A stretch of DNA of 64,000 nt from contig CAWJTV010000030.1 of NCBI GenBank assembly GCA_963845755.1, positions 32,001 through 96,000 of the forward strand, in the 5' to 3' direction. Position numbers and translations under genes: made by a program. This DNA is from an uncultured Planctomycetota bacterium. GTDB lineage: Bacteria > Planctomycetota > Planctomycetia > Isosphaerales > Isosphaeraceae. This document shows positions 10,937-22,767 of the stretch, in pieces; positions within the stretch are counted from its first letter, which is position 1; every line of letters begins with the position of its first letter. The notes beneath the pieces are model-generated. The model made no database searches. It was not told the DNA's origin and saw only the letters and a program-made list of their open reading frames with translations.

Positions 10937-12830
10937 ACCAAAACAAGCGTGAGAAAAAAAGCGGCCATGTATCATTTATGTGAGTATTTATATTATTCAA
11001 GACGTACTCTCTACAACTCGGGGGAGGCTGGCCCCGTCCTAGCTGCCCGAATTGCTCGTTGACATCACCCACCCCCTTTCTTCGTTCGATGGCCCATGCG
11101 GATAGGGGCATCCGGACCCCGACTTCAGGGTCGAACCGGTCAACACAGCCGGCATGCGTGCAGCCGCTCGACCAGCCGCAGCAACACCGCTTGCCACGGA
11201 TTCCACGACAGGAACCGGTAGATCAACCGGCGGCCCGCCCGCACGAGCTGGCACGGCATCCGGAGGAACGCCTCGCGATAGGTCGCGAACTCCATCCGCA
11301 ACAACGTGCGCCGCTCCGACTCGTGTTGGGCACGGTGACGTGGCGCCACGGGGACCAGCAACGCGCTCCACGCCTTGAGGCTCCATGCCAACGACGCCAT
11401 CACCATGTACGCCCAGTTGCTGACCAGATCGTCCACGGGGGTCGTCAACGCGTGGACGCCACTCTTGAGCTGGGCGATCAGATTCTCCTGGTCGCAACGA
11501 TCGTTGGCCGAGAACACGACCTCCTCGGCCGTCATCGTGCGGTCGTTGGTGATGTAAAAGAAGTACCGGTATTCCTCGAACAAGCGGAGCTGTCCCTTGG
11601 CGACCCCGATCCGCTTGCGGAGGACGATCATCCGATAACTCTTCCGGCAAGCCAGCGGCCGGTAGTTGAACTCCGCGACCATCTCCTCGAGCAGTTCGAG
11701 GTTCTCGTAGCCGCGGCGGCGGACGATCTCGGCTTTGACTCGCTCCGGCTTCTGCCGCGGGGCGGTCTGGATCTGGTACCGCGGTGGTCGGTTCAGGAGA
11801 CGATACGAGCTGGCCGGCAGTCGGTCAGCTCGGGCTTGGAGGGACGGGGACGCCTCGTAGCCGAAGATGAACCGGAGGTCGCCCGCGGCGTCCCATCCAT
11901 CCAGATGCTTGGTCAGGGCGATGCGGGTGTCGCCCCGCATGAGGATCGAGCGGAAGCCCGCCCGACGGACCAGGGCGACGGCCTTGTCCAAGAACTCGTC
12001 AGCCCGTTCTTGGCAGGGGCGGTTGCCGCTGCGATTGAGTAGGTAAAGCGGTTCGGCCGTATTGGCCAGCGAGATCAGCAGCGGATGGTAACCATATTGG
12101 CCGTCGTAGGTGAAATCCATCCCGTGCTTGCACTCGGCATCGCTGGGCACGATGCTGCCATCGGCCTCGAGGATCGCCTCGGCGAAGAACTCGGGTGGTT
12201 GCTGGGCCCAGACCCGCAGCCGTGCCTCGTTGATCGCGGCCATCAGAGTCAGGACGTCGTCCTCGGTGAAACGGCGGCAGAAGTCGCCAGCCGTGGTGGG
12301 GTCGGGGATGCGCTGGGCTCCCAGGGCATCGAGGTAGACCTCGTCGTTGCGCGCAGTTCGAGGTGCTCGAGGCACAGGCCCCCGGCGAGGATGTTGAAGG
12401 CGATGTTCAGGACATGGTCGGATTCGTGGTAGGGCAGATGCCGCTTGAGCAAGTGAAGCTTGTGATCGATCTCCTGGATGAGCCCGACCCTCTGAGCCAG
12501 AAGGAAGATGGCCCCGATGCCGCCGGCACTGAGCCCCCGGGTGCGCTGGGCCGGCTCGTAGTGGATATTGGAGGCGGTCATCATAGGTACAGGCCGCTCG
12601 GGTCCGGGCGTATTGGCGAGCCGATTCTTGATCCGCCGCCGCCCCTGCTGGAAGGATCTCTTCTTGCGTGCAGCCTGCTTTTTTCGGAGAGTAGCGCTCA
12701 CTCGAAACACCCCCTTGTCTTGGAAGAATGAGGATGTGAACTCTCCTACATTATTCCAAGAACTTGCGGGGTTTTCGAGCTTTTTCTTCAGAATCGGGCC
12801 AGGCGGACCATAAATCACGCTTGGTTAGGG
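10937..12830 (-). mobile_element. IS1380-family insertion sequence
   Basis: Ends CCAAAACAAGCGTGA (10938-) and reverse complement CCTAACCAAGCGTGA (-12829), 13/15 match; flanking CTAG(A) duplication at 10933- and 12831-. Exact end is uncertain by 1 nt. Confidence 0.85.
11140..12701 (-). CDS. IS1380-family transposase (frameshift near 12350)
   Basis: LHLLKRHLPYHESDHVLNIAFN / RNDEVYLDALGAQRIPDPTTAGDFCRRF...GYHPL...RGD...RCDQENLIAQLK. Start codon approximate. Confidence 0.88.
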
Positions 12831-12861
12831 CTAGAATCCTGTATCCTTCTTCGCGTGCGTC

Positions 12862-14076
12862 TCAGCCGTGCGAAGAGAGACGCGAATGGGTGGGACCGAG
12901 ATTCCCCTGACCACCGGCATTGTCGCCGCGAAGTAACCTCTCGTAGAGGGAACGGAGCTGCTGGGTCATCGTCTCGTGCCGGAATTGATGGGCGAACCTT
13001 CGACGCCCTTCCGCGCCCATCTGGGCACGGAGCGCATCATTCTCGGCGAGTCGAAGGATCGCGTGGTTCAGCCCATCGAGGTCGCGTGGCGGAAGCAGGA
13101 CACCGGTCTCCGGTAGCACGACCTCGCGGGCACCGTCGATGTCGTAACTGATGACGGGGCGACCGACCAGGAGCGCCTGCGGCAAGACGCGGGCCAAGCC
13201 CTCGCGGAGGCTGGGATGGATGACCGCATCGACGGCTCCGAGATATTCGGGTATGCGATTGGGCGGGACCAGCCCGGTGAGGATGAACGCTTGGCTGATG
13301 CCGAGCCGTTCGAGGTTAGCCACCAGGCGGGCGCGAAGGATCCCGTCTCCGATCCAGACGAAGCGGACCTTCGGATTGGCGGCGAGAACCCGCGGGGCGA
13401 TCGACAGGATGTCGTCATGGCCCTTCAACTCGAAGAGACGCGCCACCGTGGCGAATGCGATCTCATCGTCGGCCAGACCCAACTCGCGTCGCACTTCGAT
13501 TCGCCCGCGTGGCGGGGTCAGGAACGCGTCCGCGTCCATGCCACTGTAGACGGTGAGAAACTGGTCCGGTCGCCCCACGCCGGCGGCCCGCGCCTGGGTG
13601 GTCATGGCATCGCACACGCTCACGATCGCGTGGCAACGCCGTGCCGCCCAGCGCTCAAGGGCGACGTAGAGGCGATTCCGCCAGGGACTCTCGAACGGAC
13701 CGAACGGCATGCCGTGGATCGTGTGCACGATCGCCGGGACCTGTTCGGCCCATGCCGCCGCCCGGCCGAGGATGCCGGCCTTCGAACTGTGCGTGTGCAC
13801 GACGTCGGGCTTCCAATCCCGTAATGCTCCGCGAAGCTTGTGATACGCGCGGAGATCCACGCGCGGCCGGATGGCGCGGACCAGTTCGGGCATCACCTCG
13901 ACGTTCAGTCCCAGATCCGAGGCGCGCGCGAAGAGGTCGCCTTCGGGCCCTTCCGCAGGGCCGGTAACGAGTGTCACGTCGTCGCGATACTGATGGTGCA
14001 ATCCTTCGACGGTCAGCAGCGTGTTCTCCTGAGCGCCACCGATGATCAGACGGGTAATGACGTGGACGATGCGCAT
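12862..14076 (-). CDS. Glycosyltransferase family 4
   Basis: HVITRLIIGGAQENT, HTHSSKAG, LKGH, PSLREGL. Confidence 0.92.
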   Translation of the reverse strand: MRIVHVITRLIIGGAQENTLLTVEGLHHQYRDDVTLVTGPAEGPEGDLFARASDLGLNVEVMPELVRAIRPRVDLRAYHKLRGALRDWKPDVVHTHSSKAGILGRAAAWAEQVPAIVHTIHGMPFGPFESPWRNRLYVALERWAARRCHAIVSVCDAMTTQARAAGVGRPDQFLTVYSGMDADAFLTPPRGRIEVRRELGLADDEIAFATVARLFELKGHDDILSIAPRVLAANPKVRFVWIGDGILRARLVANLERLGISQAFILTGLVPPNRIPEYLGAVDAVIHPSLREGLARVLPQALLVGRPVISYDIDGAREVVLPETGVLLPPRDLDGLNHAILRLAENDALRAQMGAEGRRRFAHQFRHETMTQQLRSLYERLLRGDNAGGQGNLGPTHSRLSSHG

Positions 14077-14822
14077 TGTTCCTCTGATCCATAGTGGACG
14101 CGCAACAGGAAAAGTCCTTGAGGAGGAGCCGTCGGCCCCGCCTCGACGCGACTTTCGGCAGCAAGCACGTCAGTGATCCAGGCCGCGGATCGTTTTCCTG
14201 TCCCGACTAGCATCAAGGTCCCCGCGATGGAACGGACCATATTGTACAGGAATCCATCGGCCTCGACTTCGACGAGAACGATCTCCCCATTCCGCTCGAC
14301 CGAGATGTCCAAAATCGTTCGAACGCTGCTGGTGCGATTGGGCCATTCCGTCTCGAAGCTCCGGAAGTCATGCCGGCCCAGCAGCCTGCGTGCGGCACAG
14401 TCCATCGCGTTCGCAACGAGTGGTCGGGGGACGTGCCAGGAGTATCGGAGTTGAAACGGACTGGCGATCCGGCCATTGTCGATCACGTAGCGATACCGCT
14501 TGGACTTCGCGTCCAGAGTGGCGTGGAAGGCTTGCGGCCTCTCCCAAGCTTCGAGAACCCGGACATCACGGGACAACATGGCGTTCAAGGCACGAACGAA
14601 AGTCTCGGTCGAGTGGCCCGAGGCGGTGAAGAAATGGACCGACTGGCCTAGCGCATGGACACCCGCGTCGGTTCGCCCGCTGGCCGTTGCGTTTGGCCGG
14701 ACGCCAGTGAGCTTCTCGATCGCCTCTTCGAGAGCCTGCTGGACCGTCCTCAGTCCCGGCTGGTGCTGCCAGCCGTGGAATGCGGTACCATCATAGCTGA
14801 GGATCAACTGGATATTCCGCAT
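14046..14822 (-). CDS. truA: tRNA pseudouridine(38-40) synthase TruA
   Basis: YDGTAFHGWQ, SGRTDAGVHA, GFLYNMVR, TAPPQGL. Confidence 0.96.
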   Translation of the reverse strand: MRNIQLILSYDGTAFHGWQHQPGLRTVQQALEEAIEKLTGVRPNATASGRTDAGVHALGQSVHFFTASGHSTETFVRALNAMLSRDVRVLEAWERPQAFHATLDAKSKRYRYVIDNGRIASPFQLRYSWHVPRPLVANAMDCAARRLLGRHDFRSFETEWPNRTSSVRTILDISVERNGEIVLVEVEADGFLYNMVRSIAGTLMLVGTGKRSAAWITDVLAAESRVEAGPTAPPQGLFLLRVHYGSEEQCASSTSLPV

Positions 14823-14854
14823 CGGACCGAAGGCGGCCGGCGAGTCGATCTCGT

Positions 14855-15873
14855 TCAGACCTCGACCGGAGCGAGCTCCAGGAGTTTTTCGGCGATTTGC
14901 ACCGCATTCGTCGCCGCCCCCTTGCGGAGGTTATCGCTGACGCACCAGAACAAGAGCCGCATTGGTCCGGCCGAGGTCGAGTCGGATCCGGCCGACAAAC
15001 ACGTCATCCTTGCCCGTGGCATCGGCGGCCAATGGGTAAATCCTGGCCATCGGGTCATCTACCACCGTCACACCCGGAGCGTCGGCCCAGAGGGCAAGGG
15101 CTTCCTCGACCGAAAGCGGACGCTCCGTTTCCACGAGGATCGACTCGCTGTGGGACATCGCGACCGGTACGCGGACACACGTGGGACTGACGTCGATGGT
15201 CGGGTCTCCCATGATCTTTCGGGTCTCGTTGACCATCTTCATCTCCTCCTTCGTGTAGCCATTCGGGAGGAAATCGTCGATCTGAGGGATGCAGTTGCCG
15301 AGGATCGGGTGGGCGAACTTGACCGGGTCGGGGATGGCTTTGCCGTGGACATGCGCCTCGGTCTGCGAGGAAAGCTCATGAATCCCCTTCATGCCGGCCC
15401 CGGACACCGACTGGTAGGTGCTCACGACGACCCGTCGCACGCGGGCCGCATCGTGGAGAGGCTTTAGTGCGACCACCATCTGAATCGTCGAACAGTTCGG
15501 ATTGGCAATGATCCCCTGGTGGTTTCGAATGTCCTGCGCGTTCACCTCGGGGACGACCAGCGGGACGTCCGGCTCCATGCGGAAGGCGCTGGAATTGTCG
15601 ACGACGACGGCACCGGCAGCCGCGGCGATCGGGCTCCACTGCCGGGATACGCTTGCCGGCGTGCTCGAGAGCACGATGTCGATGCCCTCGAAGGCTTCGG
15701 TGGAGAGGGGTTCCAACGAATACTCCTCGCCGCGAAATCGCACGGACTTCCCCGCGCCTGCGCTCGGACGCCAGGAACCTAATCGAACCGATGGGGAAAT
15801 CGCGATCTTCCAGGAGGCGAATCATTCGCTCTCCCACTGCACCTGTGGCCCCGACAACGGCAACATGCTTCAC
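14855..15873 (-). CDS. asd: Aspartate-semialdehyde dehydrogenase (frameshifts near 15755 and 14965)
   Basis: [57 protein letters not shown] across three ORF pieces. Confidence 0.93.
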
Positions 15874-16258
15874 GGATCCGGCTCCCCTCGTCTCGTAAGT
15901 CAGGCTTTTTTCGCGTCACGGGGTCGGTTCGTCATAATCCGAAGGCGGCTATTCGTCAGGCGGGAAGGCCTGACCTGCTCCCTTACTGGCGATCAGGGCG
16001 CGGACCAGACGCGCCGAGGCGGACATCGATTCCCGTCAGAGCCGGGTCGGATCCGCGGAGTTTGCGCGGGTTTCGACGCCGTGGATTCGCCAACACGGAA
16101 TCCCAACCCAGCTCTCAGTTTACTCGACTGACAGGCCATCGAGAATCCCAGGCGCGGGAAAAGGCTCGCGTCCAGGAAAGGTTGCCAACTGTCCCAGACC
16201 CATCGCTTTCTAATAGAATGGGAAGGAGTCGAGGCGATGAGGTGGAACACTTTGCGGA

Positions 16259-17781
16259 ATGAGGGTCGGTGCCTTGAAAGTCCTAGTCATCGGCAAGGGG
16301 GGGCGTGAGCACGCCCTTTGCTGGAAACTCAAGCAGTCGCGCCGGGTCACTACGATCTTCTGCGCACCCGGTAATGCGGGAACCGCCCTGGACGTCCAGA
16401 ATGTGGCGATCGAGCCGGGCGACTTCCGCGGGTTGGTCCAGTTCGCCAAGCGAGAAGGGGTCGGGCTGACGGTCGTCGGCCCGGAGGAGCCCCTAGCTAA
16501 AGGGGTCGTCGATGTCTTTCAGCGCGAGGGTCTCCGAATCTTCGGCCCACGGAAGGAAGCCGCCGAGCTGGAAGGGAGTAAGGTCTTCGCCAAGGACTTG
16601 ATGCGCCAGGCCGGGATTCCGACCGCCGATTACCGAGTCTTCCGCTCGGCGCCGGATGCCGAGCATTTTGCTTTGTCGCGCGAAGTGGCCCTGATCGTCC
16701 GATCGCGCGGCCGTTCAACAATACGCCATACGCTCCATTGTCGCACGGCCGCTGAAACGCTGGAAGCCATCGACCGGATCATGGACCCGCGCGAGATGCT
16801 CAGCCCGGGCGTCCAGGTCGAGATCGAGGAACGCGGGCAGAAGCGGGTTTTCGGCAACGCCGGTGAGGCTCGCGACTTCGTGCTCGGTCGTCCGTTGGGC
16901 CTGGTCCTGAAAGCCGACGGCCTGGCGGCCGGCAAGGGCGTCTTCGTTTGCGACAACCTCCGACAGGTCCTGGACGGAATCGAGCAGATCATGATTCGCC
17001 GAATCTTCGGCCAGGCTGGCGACCGCCTCATCATCGAGGAGCGGCTCGACGGGGCCGAGACGAGCGTCCTGGCACTCACCGACGGTCGCACGATCGTCCC
17101 CCTGGAATCGAGCCAGGATTACAAACGGGCGTTCGACCACGATGAAGGCCCCAATACCGGAGGCATGGGCGCCTTCTCGCCGACTCCGGTAATCACGGAC
17201 GAGCTGATGGAGCAGGTCGAGCGCGAGATCCTCGTCCCGGCGATCCACGCGTTGAAGCGGCGCGACGCCCCTTTCGCGGTGTGCTCTACGCCGGGCTGAT
17301 GCTGACGAACCAGGGACCGAAGGTCCTCGAGTTCAACGTGCGCTTCGGCGATCCCGAGACCCAGGTGGTCCTGATGCGCCTGAAATCCGACTTGCTGGAG
17401 GTCCTGGAGGCGGTCGCGGACGAACGCCTGGATTCGGTCTCGCTCGAGTGGGACCCGCGGCCGTCGGTCACCGTCGTGATGGCCTCGGAGGGCTACCCGG
17501 GCCACTACGAGAGGGACCGCCTGATCCAGAACCTCGATGTCGTCGAGAAAATGCCGGACGTGAAGGTGTTCCACGCGGGGACGACACTACGGGCCGATGC
17601 CGCACCGGGCCGAGATGCGCGCATCGTCACCGACGGCGGTCGCGTCCTGAACGTCACTGCGCTGGGCGATACCCTGGCCGAGGCGCAGGCCCGCGCCTAC
17701 GAGGCTGCCCGGGCCATCAAATTCCCCGGGGCCTGGTATCGCCGGGATATCGCCGGACGTAGCCCCCGCCTCGCACGATAA
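16259..17781 (+). CDS. purD: Phosphoribosylamine-glycine ligase (frameshift near 17265; internal 70-aa duplication)
   Basis: GKGGREHAL, APGNAG, LEGSKVFAK, KADGLAAGKGV, GPNTGGMGA, EFNVRFGDPE, VFHAGT, GGRVL. Confidence 0.95.
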
Positions 17782-17830
17782 CTTGCGTCACCGCGCGATG
17801 ACTTCCGGGGACAGTCCATCTTGCCGTCAA

Positions 17831-19668
17831 TTACTTCTTCTTGCTCGCACTCGCCGCGGCCACACGGGCCAAGTGGAGGTTGCTCGGGAAGTGATCGATC
17901 TTGAACAACCCCTTGAGATTACGCTGCCCGGTGTGATAGACCGTCGGCGCGAGGTAAGGCTCGTAAGGTACGCTCGGTGGGATGATCGGTCCCTTCTTGA
18001 TATGTACGACACGCGCGAAGAACGCCGCGTTGATCGGAGCGGATGTGGAGATCAAGGGGTTCGTCGAATTGTCGATGATCCCCTCGAACTTGACGTTGAT
18101 CACGCCACGCGGCAATACGAGATTGTCCGTGCGCCGAAGGGGTACGTTTCACCTTTGGGCTGCTGGAACTGTCCGGAGACGTCGATCGCGGACGGGCTCA
18201 ATCCGGACGGGTTCGGGTTGACCGACGCCGAGATCACGGAATTCGTGATATTGCCAGCGATCCGACCTTGGATGTACCCCCCGTTCTGCGCGAAGGGCTC
18301 CAGGAAGCTCGTGTTGGGATTGACCTGATGATTGGTGATGGTTGGCGGCGGAGTGCCAAAGAAAACGCCGCTGCCTGCCGACAGGAGGCTCGTCGGCGGA
18401 TCGTTCGTGTCGAAGAACAGGCTCTGTGCATAGCCTGCCTGGATGTTGGTATTCTCGACCGGGCCCCCGATTAAGAGGTTCTGGATCGACCGGCTCACGG
18501 TAAGTGTCGAGTTATTGGCATCGCGATTGGCCCTGAGGTTCTGGATTGCCAGGGTGTTGATTGTTACGTTATCCATGCCCAAACCAAAGGCGATATTGCG
18601 AGAACCGGAAGGGGCCATCAGCATCACGTTGTTCGTCTCGCCGCCGACGAAGAAATTGCTGATCTTGGCATCCAGCGCCCCTTCGACCGGCGACGTACTC
18701 AAGGGATACTCGTTGACCAGGGTCGTGAAATTCGTCGCATTGCCGCCGACCCGTACGTCGCCGATCTGGCCAGTCCCGGCCTCACTACCCTGGGAGATGA
18801 CGAACGTCCCGCCCGGTGCCAGACCGGTCGAGGGCGTGGCCCCGGCGAATTGCGACGGCGCCAACCCGGAAGTCGTATTTCCGTTGATGGTGTTGGCCTG
18901 GAAGAGGTTCAATCGGCCGCCTACCAGGAACGTCACCATGTCCTGGAATGGCGCCGAACCCGATGTGGAATTGGCCTCGGCATCGGATGTGACGCTATTC
19001 ACGATGATGCTGGTACCGGTCGTGATCGGTATACCCAGATTGATCCCGAATTCGTTGCTCTGGCCTGACTGGTTCAGCGGAGTCCCGCCCGGTGGCGTGT
19101 AGTCCGCGTCTACGCCGCCGAGGCGTAACGTGATGACGCCTCCTGGAACCGAGATGACCCCGGCCTGCTTGGCTCCCGAGTGGATCGTCGATGTGATGCT
19201 GGGAGCGACGGTCTCCGTGTGAGCCAGGTAGAAAGTGGGCATGTCGATCGCGGCGATGCCTTCCTGGGCGGTCCGGAAGTTAGAGACTTGTCCCAGGTCG
19301 ATCTTGCCCAGTTCCCCGGTGGGGGTCACGATCAGGTTCTCAAAATACACGTTCGAATCGCCGTTGGCAGCCGGGACCACGGTACCGACCAGCCGCGTCT
19401 CGGACGTGATCGATCCGCCCACCGTGATCGTGTTGATCGAGTCGGCCACCTCGCTCTTCCTGTTGTCAAAGGCCGTGCCATTGGCGTTGACCACATTGAG
19501 CGTCCCCGGACCATAAAGACGGAGCGTCCACTGGGCACCGTCCGGGTCGGTCCCACGCACGGTCGCCGTCGGCGTCCCGTAAGCCGAGGACAGGAGCTGG
19601 CGCGTCTCCAAGCTCTCGGCCATAGGCCGAAGGGATCGTGTCGGTGGCGATGGCTTCCGCTTCGACAT
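17831..19668 (-). CDS. Secreted/surface protein with planctomycete extracellular signal, function unknown (frameshift near 18130)
   Basis: N-terminus RSLRPMAESLETRQLLS; T/G/S/N-rich; continues in ORF 17831-18115; resembles 62126-63949. Confidence 0.8.
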
Positions 19669-20173
19669 GGATCAGACACCCCTTTCCCAGGAGACAAGGC
19701 CCATAGCCCGTCCGTTCAGGACTGCTCAGCTCCAACTTCCGTGCTGATTCGGGCTAATGTCGCCTTTCCCGTAAATCCGAGCCCCGTCGAGATGGTCCAC
19801 CTCTCCAGGTCGTCCGGATTCGCACTCATGACGTCCTCGACCGACCGGCAATGCGGACCACCAGGGGAGGATCCGCCTGCTTTGAATGAGAATCGGCAGG
19901 ACGTTCGGTATTCTTGAGAGATTCGTTAAGATTATCCTAATCGTCACAACCCGACTGATCGGACGTGGAAATCCCAGGAGGGGTTGGGGCAGGACGATTG
20001 GCCTCTGTTCGTCCCGGTTTCTATCACGGGTGGGACGTTCGAGGTTGGCTGGCTCCGTAACCCGCGACGCGTCCTGCGATGGGTCGGAACACGACACGTC
20101 GGGGCCTGTAAGGACCGCTTCATAATGAGTATCACCCCGAATCCTGCGCCGGCGTCCTTCCGTCCATGTCACC

Positions 20174-20581
20174 TTGCAACGCGCCGCACGACTGCATCGA
20201 CTCGTCGTATTCTTAGCCGAGATTCCTCGAACTCGCAGCGCGATCCTGTCGGAACTGGAAATCGGCTTGCGGACGTTCTATCGAGAGCTGGAGCTTCTCA
20301 AGCGGTGCGGCGTGAAGGTGCGCGACAAAACCAAGGTATACTTGCTCTTGGCAACCCCTGAGCAGGCGGAGGGACGCTTGCCGTTCCCCGATCCCCAGTT
20401 AAGCTTCGCCGAGATGGCGGAACTCGCTCGATGTGATTGCCCGGCCGGCAAGCGGCTGGCGGACTTGCTCGCCGCCGTAACTCAACGGCCCGAACCGGAA
20501 AAGAAAAAAACGCGAGGGCCACGGTTGACGGGGAGATCGAGCCGAAAGGAGAAAACCCCGGACGGAAAGTCCAGAGAATAA
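20174..20581 (+). CDS. Small winged-HTH protein with basic C-terminal tail
   Basis: TRSAILSELEIGLRTFYRELELLKRCGV resembles HTH_11-type wHTH; the true start may be the ATG near 20125 across an indel. Confidence 0.65.
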   Translation: MQRAARLHRLVVFLAEIPRTRSAILSELEIGLRTFYRELELLKRCGVKVRDKTKVYLLLATPEQAEGRLPFPDPQLSFAEMAELARCDCPAGKRLADLLAAVTQRPEPEKKKTRGPRLTGRSSRKEKTPDGKSRE

Positions 20582-20641
20582 CTCGAGTCAACGAGTGGGC
20601 GCGGATTCGATCCGACGACGAGCTATTTAACCGTCCGTCCC

Positions 20642-22140
20642 GAATGCCACGAAGTTAGTGCACAAATCCTGCCTTCTAAACAAGTTGTAGCATCTTGAGC
20701 AAAGGAGGGGCTCCGGGCAATCTGGTGGTAGGTCCCAGCCACCCTGACCCCGAAGGAGCCCTCCCGTGCCGGTACGGATTGTCACCATCTTGGGCCGTCT
20801 CAAGCAAGACCTCGCCGACGGGCTTTCTCGCGAGGCCATCGAGCAGGCATGCAAGCAGGAGAAATACTCGTGGCGCCAGCGGATGCTCGATCCGGTCACG
20901 ACCGTCTATCTGTTTATCCTCCAGATCCTTCACGGCAACACCGCCTGTTCGCACGTGGTCCACTTCGGCCGATGGAACTTCACCGATGCCGCCTACTGTG
21001 CCGCGCGGAAGCGGCTCCCCCTGGCGGTCCTCCGCCGCCTTGCTGCGCGGATCGCCGCGAGTGTCCGGACGGCGACGACGGCCCAATCGACCTGGCACGG
21101 CCACCGGGTCTGGCTCCTCGACGGGTCGAGCTTCTCGATGCCCGACACCCGCGAGCTGCAGGAGGCATTCGGCCAGCCCAGCGGCCAGCGGCGGGGATGC
21201 GGCTTCCCGGTCGCCAAGTTTCTGGCACTCTTCGACCTGGCCACCGGCATGCTCCTGCGGGTCGAGCCGGCGCCGCTCCGCTCGCACGAGATGGCGCGAT
21301 CTCGCCGTGGCCACCTCCGCTCTGAACCCCGGCGACATCGCGCTGGGTGACCGCGCCTTTTGCTCATACGCTCACCTGGCCATCCTCCTGAACCGCAAGC
21401 AGCACGGGGTCTTCCGGCGCATCAGCGCCAGATCATCGACTTCACTCCGGGTCGGCCGCAGGCGGTGCGGGGCAAGGGGAAGAAGCCGCACGAGGCAAAG
21501 ATCCGTCCGCATTCGCGGTGGGTGCTCTCGCAGGGCGAATCCGATCAAGTAGTCATCTGGTCCAAGCCCAAGTCTCATCCGAGATGGATCACCAAGGATG
21601 AGTATGCGTCACTGCAAGAAGAGATCGCGGTGCGTGAGCTGCGATATAAGGTCTCGACGCCGGGATACCGTGTCGGCGAGGTGACGCTGGTGACGACGCT
21701 CCTGGACGCGTCGGTGTACCCGGCGGAGGCGCTGGCGGATCTGTACTTCCGGCGATGGCAGGTGGAAGTTTATCTGAGAGACTTGAAGATCACGTTGAAG
21801 ATGGATGTGCTGAAGTGCAAGACAGTGGATGGCGTGTTGAAGGAGCTGGCGGTCTTCGCCCTGGTGTACAACCTGGTGCGATCGGTGGCGTGCCAGGCGG
21901 CGCAGGCTCAGGGCGTGGCTGCGGACCGGGTGAGCGTGACCGACGCAGTGCGATGGCTGGTGGGCGCCGAAGGGGACGAGGATCTGTCGGTGATCTTGAC
22001 CGTCCCCAAGCGGAAGGGTCGATTCGAGCCGCGCGTCAAGAAGCGCCGCCCGAAACAGTACGATCTGATGACCAAACCCCGCAGAGAACTACGTAAAGAG
22101 CTTCTGGACAACAAGGTTGCAGCTTAAATTCGCGGCATTC
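20642..22140 (+). mobile_element. IS4-family insertion sequence
   Basis: IRL GAATGCCACGAAGTTA and IRR reverse complement GAATGCCGCGAATTTA (14/16); 11-bp target duplication CCGTCCGTCCC at 20631-41 and 22141-51. Confidence 0.92.
20766..22127 (+). CDS. IS4-family transposase (frameshifts near 21300 and 21417)
   Basis: WHGHRVWLLDGSSFSMPDT, GDRAFCSY, LVTTLLD, YFRRWQVEVYLRDLK (YREK motif), EPRVKKRRPK. Confidence 0.9.
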
Positions 22141-22767
22141 CCGTCCGTCCCCTCATCGACACAACTTCTCGGCCACTAAAGTAATTTCAATGACCCAGAC
22201 GCATTCACCTCGTCGATTCGTGCTCTCTCCTTCGAGTTGTTCAGAAATGAGACCGCCTCGTCAAATGCGCCGATGCATTAGATGATTAATGATAACACCT
22301 GGTAAGTCGTCGAGAACGGTGCCAGTCAAAAAAACTAGGATGGCAAAGGTGACTTGGATTTGACGTAAGTCGTTATTCCTCGGTCGGACCGCCGACCATC
22401 GCCAAAGGACTTACGGCGATTCCCAGCGACTTTTGCCATCCTAGAAAAAAACCATGACCATTCGTCTTTCTTCTTGACACAATACACCCACCCACTCGTT
22501 CTACGTCGCCGGCATTGACCCACTTCCCTACGGCTGCACACACAGTATTCGTCGGTTCGGGCCATCCCTTCGTCATCGGGTCAAGGTCGCAGTCATCCCA
22601 CCAGGTCTTATGATCGATCCAGGAACCAGTCAGGGGAGTTATTGCTCACCTTGCGTGGTCTATTGGGGTGATGACAAGACCGGATGATCTGGGGTGGCTA
22701 ACAGAAATCCCCGGATTTCCAGGGGCCTTGAGGCTTCATGACGCGTTCCGACTTTCCGAATCGCGAA

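Noticed and set aside
11140..22127. Programmed frameshifting in the IS1380 and IS4 transposases
   Set aside because: No slippery sites seen, these families normally use a single ORF, and the same indel pattern affects housekeeping genes.
22152..22767. Island or prophage integrated at the tRNA 3' end
   Set aside because: The region is AT-richer and has an IS4 nearby, but I saw no integrase and no duplicated tRNA 3' end.
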